Translations under genes and position numbers: made by a program
DNA from: an uncultured Thermoplasmata archaeon
GTDB lineage: Archaea > Thermoplasmatota > Thermoplasmata > Lutacidiplasmatales > UBA184
Direction of reading: 5' to 3'
Assembly (NCBI GenBank): GCA_963797975.1
Contig: CAWCRH010000003.1
Span: forward strand, 3,627 to 67,626
DNA: 64,000 nt
In this document: positions 10,771-20,673 of the stretch, piece after piece
How positions within the stretch are numbered: position 1 is the first letter of the stretch
Layout of the letters: each line of letters starts with the position of its first letter
Notes under the pieces: model-generated
What the model saw: only the letters and a program-made list of their open reading frames with translations
Told to the model about the DNA's origin: nothing
Databases searched by the model: none

Positions 10771-13387
10771 ATGTCGGCGCGGCAAGTTATTCTGAGCATC
10801 CTGATCGTGGCGGTGACGATATCGGCGTTCGGCCTCGCGGTCGTCGTGAGCGCCCACCCGGCGAGTGGCCCGGTGAGCGCGACCGCCTCCACGGCACCGG
10901 CAGCCCCTTTGACCTCGAGCGCGGCCGGAAGCTCTTCGCACCTGGCATTGGAGCAGAAGCTGCTCGCAACAGCCAAGGCGGACCACATCCCCATGGAGGC
11001 TCTCTCCCTCCCCAACCTTCTCGGACACGCTACGGTCTCTAACGGCATCGTGACCCCCCCGTCCACCACCTCACCGGCTCCGATGGGGATCGGCGCCTAT
11101 GGCATCCGCAACACCACCGGGACCGCGCAGGCCTTCTCCTATGAGACCCAGAGCTGGGAAGGATCGATCACTCTCAACAGCGTCAATACCTTCCTCTTGG
11201 ACAACGACGGCGCGATCTCGACCAACGGGAGCCAGAACACCTTTGGGGTGCAACTCAACGCGGTCACGAACGACTCGACTGTCGGGACGAGCAGCAACTA
11301 CAGTTTCTGGACCCAGAACGTCCTTTACTTCAACTTCCCGTACCCCGGGACCATCACCTTCCTCGATAACGTCTGGAACTTCTCCTCCCCGGCCGTTGCT
11401 CTGACCGCGGGCACGCTGTATTCCTACAACGGAACCCCCGTCTACCCCGAGTACTACTACGACTTCGGCCCCACGTTCGCGATAACCTACCCGGTGACGG
11501 TCCAGCTCTATCTGAACTCGAGCATCACGAACATCCCCGCCACCGGTTACGGCTACACGACGGTCCGATTCGGATACAATGTCATCAACGCGGGCACCGG
11601 GGCGAGCGAGGGCGCCGGTGTCTACGACACGGTGCTGTTCAACTCGAGCACACCCATCGGGTCGGTACCCGCCTCCCCCTACTTGGTGGACGGCTCTCAG
11701 GTCAACCCGACCGGCTTCATACCTTGGGACGCCGAGATCATGCTGGGGGGCCCGGGTGGCGGGACCACAACATCGGTCTACGGAATTAGCGGTTCCGAGA
11801 GCCTGCAGGTACTGGGACAGCACGAGCCGCGCCTACGTGAACCCCCCGTCGGCCTATAACCTCGGTAGCGAGACCGGAGAGACATCCGAGGGCATTGCCG
11901 AGACATACACCTCCCCGGGCACCGTGTGGCTGGGGGCCGGGCCCTCGATCCCGTTGCCGCTCTGGGGCGCGACTCCGGGAGGGAACATCGGTCAGGCCAC
12001 GTTCTCCGGACCGCTCTCCCCGTCCAATGCCTTCGTCTTCTTCACGCCGGGGTCGAGCTTCGACGCTAACTACGCTGCGTGGGCGCCGACCCAGACCGCG
12101 AGCACGGTCGATTACGTGCTTCCGCCGGGTACGTACACCGTCGACGCGATGATGAGCGACTACACTCCCATTGAGACCACGGTCACGGCCGCCAACGGAG
12201 GCTCGGCCCCACTACCCTTCACGATGCAACGGAATTGGGCGGAGGGCGTCTACACGCCGCTCTTTGCATGGAACAACGCCCAGCTGGCGGCGATCTCCTC
12301 TGGAGGATTCGGTACCGCGAGCCTTCCGTACGCCATCGAGAACAACCCGGCGCCCGCGGGGTTGAGCTCGGTCTTCGGGCAGTTCAACGATTACCTCTAC
12401 CAGGTATTCCCGGGGGTCCTCATCGCCGGCACCACGGCCTACGTCAGCTTCAACAACCCCGCGCTCCTCAACGTGACCTACCAGACCGCCTACTGGGGGG
12501 CGCTCGCCTACTACGGACTGCCGTTCACGAACAACCTCCAGTTCGAAATCTTCGACTCCTCCCACGTTTCGATCTGGGATGCTCAGGGGATTAGCGGCTG
12601 GTTCTTCTTCGAGGACTACGGGCCGACGGGCTTCCTCCCCCTGGCCAACGTGGTCATCTGGGGGGGAACGCACGATCTCGTGGGGGACAGTACCTTTGTG
12701 AGCCAGGGGAGTTCGCTCCTGTTGGCGAGCGCCGATCCCTCCGCGCCGACGGACAACGTCGTCTGGGGTAACACGTTCGTGAACAGCACTGTGCTATCTC
12801 CGACGATGTATCCGGGAACCGGCACCGCGAACGGACCGCCGGTCGGGATCTGGGCGTTCGAGAGCGGGGACTGGATCTACAACAACTGGGTCGGCACGTC
12901 GATCACTGCCTACTCGCAAAACGTCAATCTCTTCTTCGGGTCGCCTCAGCTCAACGCGGAGAACTGGAACCTAACCCAGATCGAGCCGTCGTACTTCATC
13001 ACGGTGTTCAACGGCTACTGGCTTACGGGAAGCATCGTAGCATCACCGTGGCAGGGCGGCAACTTCTGGGCGGACTACACGCCCGGTAGCCCACTACCGT
13101 ACGACGAGTTCGGGTTCATCGCGACGGGCGGTGACTACCTCCCGTACCCCCTCGTGGCGTACGCCATCGTCTTTGCCGCCTACGGGTCAGGGTTCGGAGA
13201 GGCCTGGTCGGTGACGGTCAATGGCGTCACCCAGACGACCACCAGCTTCTTCCTGGTGTTCTATGAGACGCCCGGGACGTACTCGTTCACCGCAGCCGTG
13301 CTCCCGGGCGGAGGTTCCGTTCACCCGTCCAGCGGCATCGTCAGCCTGGTCAGCCACGATGTGTGGGTCCCCCTGACGCTGCTATGA
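10771..13387 (+). CDS. Secreted thermopsin-family (peptidase A5) domain protein with about 480-aa C-terminal extension. One frame break at 11809.
   Basis: Fragments are 10771-11859 (in ORF 10162-11859) and about 11810-13387 (in ORF 11579-13387). Signal/anchor MSARQVILSILIVAVTISAFGLAVVVSAHP. Thermopsin-like blocks SPAPMGIGAYGI, FWTQNV, ITFLDNVWNFS, YYYDFGP, DAEIMLGGPGGG and, after the break, LGSETGETSEG. Confidence 0.7.
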
Positions 13388-13470
13388 GCGAGCCCAAGAG
13401 CCGCCCGTCCTATGAGGCGGACGAGGAAGCGAGCGCGTTTCCCAACCCATTCTGAGCGCCGGGCGGGGCC

Positions 13471-15007
13471 CTACAGGCCCTTGGCCATGTAGGGACCCTG
13501 CCGAACGAAACCCAGGGCGCGGTAGTACGGTCGAGTCCCAATCGCACTGATCACGCGGATCTCGTCGTATCCGAGCGTGCGGGCTCGCTCCTCCGCTCGG
13601 CCGACGAGGGCTCGGCCGAGGCCACGGTGCTGGTATACGCTCGAAGCCGTGGCAGCGAAACCCACGGGGAGCTCCGGTCCGAGCACCTTGAGTTCTCGTA
13701 TCATCGGGGTGGTCGCGCGTTCCCTGTCCTCTCCGGGTAGGCTGAGTCGCAAGTCAGCCGGCGACCGCTTCCGAGAGCGGGTCCGTCCACGCAAGGAAGA
13801 CCTCCCGCCCCGGGAGGGCTTCATAGCTCGTTTCACGTAGCTCGAGCGATTCGGGGGACGGGGTCGCGCGCCGCCCGACCTCGCGGCAGCGAAGGCAGGG
13901 ACACTGGACTCCGTCGGAGTGCAGACGGGCGAGGGCGAGCTCGCGCACGTTGCTGGCGCGCACCCCGGCCGCGATGAGACGCGCCGGGATGTCCCGCTGG
14001 ATCCGCTGGATCCGGACCCACGGGGGGAGTCGGCGCTTGATCTGGGCCAGCACTTCCACCGCGGTATCGGTGTCGTAGGGGCGGTAGCGTCCCGTGTGCC
14101 ACTCGTCAAAGAGGGGGGTGCCGGGCAGCACGAGCGTCGGGTAGATCTTGAGCATGTCCGGGCGGTAACAGGGATCGGCGAAGAGGCGCTCGAAGCCCGC
14201 GAGGTCCTCCGCCGGGGTCATTCCGGGGAGGCCCAGCATCATGTGGTAGCAGATCTTGAGACCGCTCTCGCGCGCGAGACCGGTCGCTCGAGCGACCTCC
14301 TCGGTCCCGTGGGCTCTGCCGACTGCAAAAAGGACGGATTCCTTCAGGCACTCGACCCCGATCTCGACCCGGGTCACTCCCGCGTCGAGCAGAAAGGGGA
14401 GGACGCGCTCGTCGCACCAATCGGGCCGGGTCTCGACGGTCAGGCCGACCAGACGGTGGCGGGAACGCTCGTTGAGTTCCTGCGCCTGTGCGAGCGAGCC
14501 GGCGCTCTCTCCGTTGAGGCCGTCGAAGATCCCCCGGAAGACCTCCTCCTGGTAGTGGCGCGGGCGGGAGGGGAACGTGCCCCCCATCACGATCACCTCG
14601 ACCTTGCTCGTGGGATGGCCGATCTCCTCCAGGGATTGAAGGCGGTGCTCAGTGATCGCGCGCGCGTCGTAGTGGAACTGAGCGCCGCGCAAGGCGGAGG
14701 GTTCCTCCCCCGTGTAACTCTGGGGGCTCGCGTTCTCGACCCCTCCCGGGCAGTAGGTGCAGCGGCCGTGCGGGCAACGCGCGGGCGCCGTCATGACGGC
14801 CACGACCGCGACTCCGGAGAGGGTTCGGGTCGGCTTGCGACGGATAGCCCCCGCGTACTGGGCCCGCTCGGACTCGGGTAGGGAGCGGATCCACTCGAAG
14901 TTCGACGGCAGGGACTGGGTGCCCAAGCGGCGGCCCTGGGCCAGCTTCTCCTGGTGGATCTCCTCCGGGCCCGGCGCGATGGGCGCCGGGGTCACCGCCG
15001 GAGCCAT
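13471..15007 (-). CDS. elp3: Elp3-type tRNA uridine(34) acetyltransferase (radical SAM + GNAT). One frame break near 13755.
   Basis: Fragments are 13754-15007 and 13471 to about 13760 (in ORF 13471-14109). Radical-SAM cluster context CPHGRCTYCPGG. C-terminal GNAT block ..IRELKVLG..YQHRGLGRALV..YYRALGF. Confidence 0.8.
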
Positions 15008-16143
15008 TGGTGGGTCTCTCCGGTCACGACGAACGGCGCGTGGCGCATCTCCTCTACCGTCCGCGAGCCGGTCAGGAAGAACGCTACCCGTAGCTCGTAG
15101 AGGAGTTGCTCGAGCTCGCGACGGGTCTCCTCGAACCCTACCGAGGCAGCGTGGAGGATGCCTCGAGCGGTCCCCGCCGCGCTCGCCCCCAGCGCGATCG
15201 CCCGCGCGATATCGAGCCCCGAGCGGATCCCGCCGCTCGCGATGACGGGGAGCCCTAACGGAACGACCTCGAGGACCGACACGGGTGAGGGTATCCCCCA
15301 GTTCCAGAACGTCTGTCCAAGGCGAGCCTCGCGTTCTGCGCCCTGCTCCAGAGCGCGGTAGTGCTCGACCGCAGCGAAGGAGGTGCCGCCCGTGCCGCTC
15401 ACGTCGAACGCGCGGACCCCCTTCGCCCGCAGCCGCTCTCCGACCGTCTGGGAGAGCCCGGCTCCGGTCTCCTTGGCGAGCACGGGGAAGGCATGCGCGA
15501 GCTCTCCGATCCGGTCGAGGCAGCCCCGCGCCCGCCGATCCCCCTCGGGCTGGACCATCTCCTGTAGGAAGTTGAGGTGGATCGCGAGGACATCCGCCCC
15601 GATGAGCTCCATCGCACGGCGCGCCTCGTCAACGCCGACGACCCGGTCCTGGGGGGACTGGGCGATGATCTGCGGCGCTCCGATGTTGGCCAACTTGAGC
15701 GGTACCGCATGTCTCGCCACGCAGGCATAGCTCTCGGGATACTGCCCCTTCAGGATCCCCGCACGCTCGCTACCCACCCCCATCGCGATCCCCAGCTCTG
15801 CGGCGGCCCGGGCGAGGTTGTCGTTGATCTTGGCGGCGTCCGGGAACCCACCGGTCATGCCCGTGATGACGAGGGGCGCCTTCAGCCGCTTTCCGAGCAG
15901 GGTGGTCGAGAGGTCGATCTCCTCGAAGTCCACCTCGGGCAGCGCGTTGTGTACGAGCTGGATGTCATCCCAGTAGCGATATCGCCCTTCGACGTCCTTG
16001 CCGAGGACGACCTTGACGTGCTCGGCCTTGCGGTGGGAGAGGTCGAGGCCGGTCGCCGGCGGCTCTTCCGTCTCAGCGCGATCCGGCGCGCGCCCAGCTC
16101 CCATCCTCTCCCGTTCCTCGTAGGGCCCGCGAAATCGCCCCAT
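14992..16143 (-). CDS. fni: Isopentenyl-diphosphate delta-isomerase, type 2 (FMN-dependent)
   Basis: Motifs APLVITGMTGG, MGVGSER and ASGGIRSGLDIA. The start was chosen at the internal Met (MGRFRG..). ORF 14992-16194 overlaps the IPK 3' end. Confidence 0.8.
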   Translation of the reverse strand: MGRFRGPYEERERMGAGRAPDRAETEEPPATGLDLSHRKAEHVKVVLGKDVEGRYRYWDDIQLVHNALPEVDFEEIDLSTTLLGKRLKAPLVITGMTGGFPDAAKINDNLARAAAELGIAMGVGSERAGILKGQYPESYACVARHAVPLKLANIGAPQIIAQSPQDRVVGVDEARRAMELIGADVLAIHLNFLQEMVQPEGDRRARGCLDRIGELAHAFPVLAKETGAGLSQTVGERLRAKGVRAFDVSGTGGTSFAAVEHYRALEQGAEREARLGQTFWNWGIPSPVSVLEVVPLGLPVIASGGIRSGLDIARAIALGASAAGTARGILHAASVGFEETRRELEQLLYELRVAFFLTGSRTVEEMRHAPFVVTGETHQWLRR

Positions 16144-16906
16144 CCGATAGTCCACTAATAAGACCTGCGTCAACGCCAAGGCGGGCGATCGCACGCATCG
16201 CCCTGGCCTTGCCTCGAATGCCGCCGGTGACGTCCGGGGCGCCCGTCTGTGGCTCCAGGCTCTCCACGACCTCGTCCGTGATCTCGTGGATCACCGCGCG
16301 GCGTCCCGCGCGGCCCGGCGCGTAGATTCCCGCGACGTCGCTCACGAAGAGGACGCGCTCCGGATGAAGCGCCGGGACGAGCGCGACGGCGATCGTGTCG
16401 GCCGAGAGGATGGAGGTGCCCCACACCGCGTCGGGGACCACGTCCCCGAACGACACGGGGAGAAAGCCACGTTCGAGCGCGGCCTGTAGCGGCGCGGAGT
16501 CGAGAGTCACCAGGCGGCCTTCGGCCTGCTCACAATGGCCGCTCATGGGCACCGACCAAGGGCGCGCACCAGCGTGGACGAGCGCGCGCAGGACGGCGAG
16601 ATGCAGGCGACGAACCTCCACGCTGACGATCGACGCGCCGCGCCCGCGCTCGGTCAGCGGATGCTCGGGAGAGGGAGCGTGCGCTAGGCCGAACCGAGCG
16701 GCTCCCGGGTGGCCGAAACCGCCGGCGCCATGGAGCAGGACCAATCGATGCGTGGTGACGCCGGCGACCTCCTCCGCGAGCCGGGCGAGGACCTTCGGAC
16801 GAACCTTCTCCGTCTCGTGCTTTCGTGTGAGAACGCTGCCGCCCAGCTTGACGACGGCGATTGGTCGCGGATCCACTGCGGGGTCCGCTCGGCCCCCGAC
16901 CTGCAT
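16073..16906 (-). CDS. ipk: Isopentenyl phosphate kinase
   Basis: Amino-acid-kinase fold with VVKLGGSVLT and LLHGAGGFGH. It lies directly upstream of type-2 IDI, as in many archaea. Confidence 0.75.
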   Translation of the reverse strand: MQVGGRADPAVDPRPIAVVKLGGSVLTRKHETEKVRPKVLARLAEEVAGVTTHRLVLLHGAGGFGHPGAARFGLAHAPSPEHPLTERGRGASIVSVEVRRLHLAVLRALVHAGARPWSVPMSGHCEQAEGRLVTLDSAPLQAALERGFLPVSFGDVVPDAVWGTSILSADTIAVALVPALHPERVLFVSDVAGIYAPGRAGRRAVIHEITDEVVESLEPQTGAPDVTGGIRGKARAMRAIARLGVDAGLISGLSDGAISRALRGTGEDGSWARAGSR

Positions 16907-16922
16907 AGGCCCTTCGGGCCGG

Positions 16923-17150
16923 CTAGGCCGACTCCGGGCCGGTCCAGGTCTTGAAGAAAATGGCCGAGCCGGCGATCACCATCACGACGCCGGAGAAGGA
17001 CCACCAGGCGAAGAACACCACGAAGTACGCGAGGAGAAAGATACCGAGCCCACACAGGATGGAGGCGAGGGTAATCCAGCCGATCGTCGAGGCGGAGACC
17101 TTCCCTGCGGCATGATCGGTCGAGCCGTGGGATGGAGCGTAGGCGCTCAT
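16923..17150 (-). CDS. Small two-TM membrane protein (75 aa)
   Basis: The segments ..IGWITLASILCGLGIFLLAYFVVFFAWWSFSGVVMVIAGSAIFF.. are hydrophobic. Confidence 0.45.
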   Translation of the reverse strand: MSAYAPSHGSTDHAAGKVSASTIGWITLASILCGLGIFLLAYFVVFFAWWSFSGVVMVIAGSAIFFKTWTGPESA

Positions 17151-17460
17151 CGTCTTGACCCAGGCCCTCTACCTCTAAATCCCATCGGTTCGAAGGCCGG
17201 GAGCCGGTCGACCGACTGTTCGACCCGCGAGCCGCAGGGAGGGGCCCCCAGAGCCCAGCCGGGCCCTCTGTACCGAAGAGGGCGAAGTTCCCGGGCGTCA
17301 CGAACCCGGCCGAGCCTTCGGCGAGCCCCAGTTGATTGGTGGGAGGGAAAAGATAGATATGGCTCGCGCGCCTGCAACCGCTCGCCCGAGGCCCGGGTAG
17401 GCGTGGACGGTGCCACCGACTACCGAGGGGCCTCCGACGAACGCGTCGGAAACCCCTCCA

Positions 17461-18843
17461 ATGACCATCGCAGCCAACGGGGCGATCCCGTCGCTTGGAG
17501 ATCGCCCGTCGGCCGGAGGTCCGTCCGGTACTCCCCCAACGGAGTCCCCTCCGGCCGGCACCCCGACGCCTCGTCTCTCCGAGGTCTTCGACGACGCGGT
17601 CCGCCCCCATGGCGATCTCTTCCGCGGACGCCGCGACGTGCTCCGGGAGACCTATGTTCCCTCGCACCTTCCCCACCGAGAGCACCAGATCCATCAGGTG
17701 GCGGAGATCCTCGCACCGGCGCTCCGCGGCGACATGCCCTCGAACGTGCTCATCTACGGTAAGATCGGGACCGGAAAGACCGCCGTGGTCGCCCAGGTGC
17801 GCCAAGAGATCGAGCGGCGTTCCGAACTTTCCGAGCGCATCCGCTTCGTCACGATCAACTGTGCGAACATCGACACCGCCTACAGCCTCTTGCAGAACAT
17901 CGGTAACGCCTTCGCGTTGAGCGAGATCGACCGCATCCCGACCGGCTGGGCGATGGACCGCGTCCAGAGCGCGATGCGGCGGCTCATCGATGCCCAAGGC
18001 GGCACGATCATCATCGTGCTGGACGAGATCGACCGCCTCGTCGAGCGGAGCGGGGACCAGGTGCTCTACACATTGAGCGAGATCAATCGAGAGCTCCCGA
18101 ACGCCCACGTCGTCCTCGTCGGGATCTCGAACGACCTCAAGTTCACGAACCGGCTGGACGCGCGGGTCCGTAGCCGTCTCAACGATGAGAAGATCCTCTT
18201 CCCGCCCTATGACGCGGCGCAGCTCCAGGACATCCTAAGCGAGCGCGTCAAGGAGGCGTTCAAGGATGGCGTGGTCGACAGCGGGGTCGTAGAGCGGTGC
18301 GCCGCCTACGCCTTCCTCGAGAACGGGGATGCGCGCCGCGCGCTCGCCCTTCTTCGGATCGCCGCGGAGATGGCCGAGCGGGACCGCTCCAAGCGGATCA
18401 CTCAGGACCATGTGGTCAAGGCGAAGAACCGCCTCGAGCAGGATATCATACTCGATTGCGTCCGCACTCTTCCCCCGCACTGCAAGGTGCTCCTCTACGC
18501 CATCCTCCAGGCCTACGAGCGAAACCGCCAAGGCGTGCTCACGGGGGACGTGTACGCGGGCTACGCGAAGCTCTGTCAGCGGCTCGGGCTCCAACCGCTA
18601 CACACGCGCAGCATTTCGAACCACCTCTCCGAGCTCGAGACCCTCGGGCTCATCCGCGCGACGATCGTGTCGCGGGGGCGCGGGGGACGCACGAGGGAGA
18701 TCGTCGCGGACATTCCGATCCCCGGCACGGTCGCCGTCCTCGAGGAGGACAGCGTGCTCGCCCCCATCGCCCGGCCGCGCGGACGGGGTCAAATGGTCCT
18801 GATGAACTTCGATAACCCGAACCGCCCCGGGTCGCCCCTCTGA
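17461..18843 (+). CDS. cdc6: Orc1/Cdc6 replication initiator
   Basis: Walker A YGKIGTGKT, Walker B IIVLDEIDRL, sensor and C-terminal winged helix (..ISNHLSELETLGLI..). The start was set at the ATG at 17461 within ORF 17410-18843. Confidence 0.85.
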   Translation: MTIAANGAIPSLGDRPSAGGPSGTPPTESPPAGTPTPRLSEVFDDAVRPHGDLFRGRRDVLRETYVPSHLPHREHQIHQVAEILAPALRGDMPSNVLIYGKIGTGKTAVVAQVRQEIERRSELSERIRFVTINCANIDTAYSLLQNIGNAFALSEIDRIPTGWAMDRVQSAMRRLIDAQGGTIIIVLDEIDRLVERSGDQVLYTLSEINRELPNAHVVLVGISNDLKFTNRLDARVRSRLNDEKILFPPYDAAQLQDILSERVKEAFKDGVVDSGVVERCAAYAFLENGDARRALALLRIAAEMAERDRSKRITQDHVVKAKNRLEQDIILDCVRTLPPHCKVLLYAILQAYERNRQGVLTGDVYAGYAKLCQRLGLQPLHTRSISNHLSELETLGLIRATIVSRGRGGRTREIVADIPIPGTVAVLEEDSVLAPIARPRGRGQMVLMNFDNPNRPGSPL

Positions 18844-18850
18844 GGCAAAC

Positions 18851-19063
18851 CTACGGCTCGGTCTCGAGCGTCCCTTCGGTCGCGATGCTCTGGGGGATTT
18901 CCGAGGCGGCGCGACGCTTCGCGCGCTCGCGCTTGAGGTCGGTCAGGTCGCGGTCGAGCTCGTGCATGTCCCGCGCGTAGCGCTTGAGGCGACGCTGGGC
19001 GATCCCCTCGAGCGCCCCGATCTCGCGGTCCAGGACCTCGTCGGTCCCACGGAATGGGCTCAT
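18851..19063 (-). CDS. Small coiled-coil protein (70 aa)
   Basis: Charged heptad-like sequence. Its ATG overlaps the ALDH stop (ATGA at 19060-19063). Confidence 0.4.
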   Translation of the reverse strand: MSPFRGTDEVLDREIGALEGIAQRRLKRYARDMHELDRDLTDLKRERAKRRAASEIPQSIATEGTLETEP

Positions 19064-20562
19064 GCCGCCGTCTCGCTATCGATCTGGGCTCGCTGGAGCT
19101 TGGAGGAGAAATCGACGAAGACCGTCTTGAGCTCCGTGAACTCGTCGATCGCAACGCTGCCTGCTTCCCGGCCGCCGTTGCCCGTGTTCTTGATCCCGCC
19201 GAACGGGAGCTGGACCTCGGCACCGATCGTCGGGGCGTTGATGTAGGTGATCCCCGCCTCGAGATCCTGCATCGCCCGGAAGGCACGGTTGACGTCCTGC
19301 GTGTAGATCGAGGAGGAGAGCCCATAGTCGACGTCGTTCGCGACGCGCACCGCCTCAGCGTAGTCCTTGACCTTGATCACGGAGAGGACGGGACCGAAGA
19401 TCTCCTCCTTGCTGATCCGAGTTCCGTGGCGCGTCTCGAAGATCGTCGGCTCGAGGAAGAATCCCCGGTCGTAGGCGCCTCCGTGGAGCTTCTTCCCGCC
19501 GAAGCGGAGCGTCGCTTCCTTCTTCCCGACCTCGATGTACTCCAGGATCTTACGCTCCTGGTCGGCGGAGGCGACCGGTCCCATGTCGGTCTTCGGGTCG
19601 AGAGGGTCGCCGATGGTAAACTTCTCAAGACGGGCGACGAGACGCTTGAGGAAACTCTCATAGACCGCCTCATGAAGGATGAGACGGCTGGTGGCCGTGC
19701 AGCGCTGCCCTGAGGTCCCGAACGCTCCAAAGAGGACCCCCTCGAGAGCGAGAGTGAGGTCGGCGTCCTCCATCAGGATCACCGGGTTCTTGCCGCCGAG
19801 CTCGAGGTGGACCATCTTCAGGCCCTGGGCGCCGCGGACGTAGACCTCGCGGCCTGTTTCCACCCCGCCGGTGAAGGAGATCGCGCGGACACGAGGGTCC
19901 GTGAGCAGGGCGGTGCCGACCGTTGCACCCGGCCCCGTCACGAGGTTGAGGACCCCGGGGGTAGCCCCGAGCGCTCGTAGGCGCGTACGATCTCCGCCGC
20001 GCACCGGGAGGTGTTGGATGCGGGCTTGAACACGATCGTGTTCCCCGAGATGAGCGCCGCGGCGATCTTCCAGTTGGGGATCGCCGTGGGGAAATTCCAC
20101 GGGGTGATGCATGCGACGACGCCCTTAGGTTGCCGGAGCGTCATGCAGAACTTCGAGCGCAACTCGGAGGGGACCGTCTCACCCGCGAGGCGGCGTCCTT
20201 CGCCCGCCATGTACTCGACAAAGTCGAGCGACTCCTGAACGTCCCCTCGGCCCTCGGCGATCACCTTGCCCATTTCGCACGTGACCGTCCTGCCGATCTC
20301 CTCCTTGTGCCCCTTCAGATAGGAGGCGACCCGCAGCAGGATTTCCCCGCGAAGTGGGGCCGGGGTCTCTCGCCACGGATGAAACGCTTTGGCCGCGGCA
20401 TCGACCGCGGCCGTCACGTCCTCGGGGTGGGCGGTGACGAAGCTCCCGACCGGTTCGCCGGTCGCCGGGTTCGTCGTGGTGAACCGCTTTCGCCCGGCTC
20501 GGCTCGACCCATTTTCCGCCAATGAAGAGCCCGAATGACTCGGCCGCTATGCTCATGGACAT
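19060..20562 (-). CDS. NAD(P)-dependent aldehyde dehydrogenase. Two frame breaks (19953-19961 and 20488-20490).
   Basis: Fragments lie in ORFs 20179-20562, 19938-20522 and 19060-20112. Motifs FIGGKWV, TNPATGE, WNFP, ELGGKNP, SGQRCTA and EEIFGPV. Confidence 0.8.
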
Positions 20563-20673
20563 CTACCCGCCGGGCGAGGCCGAGCGGGCGATAAAACCGC
20601 TCGCCTTGCTCCCGTGCGGGGCTCGGCCGAGCTCTCTAGGCTTATGAGCGTCCCGCCGCTCGCACAGGGGACC

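Noticed and set aside
17151-17460. Replication origin next to orc1/cdc6.
   Set aside because: There is no AT-rich unwinding stretch. There are no ORB or mini-ORB-like repeats, only a weak 8-9-nt GGCCCTCT duplication. The adjacency alone is not evidence.
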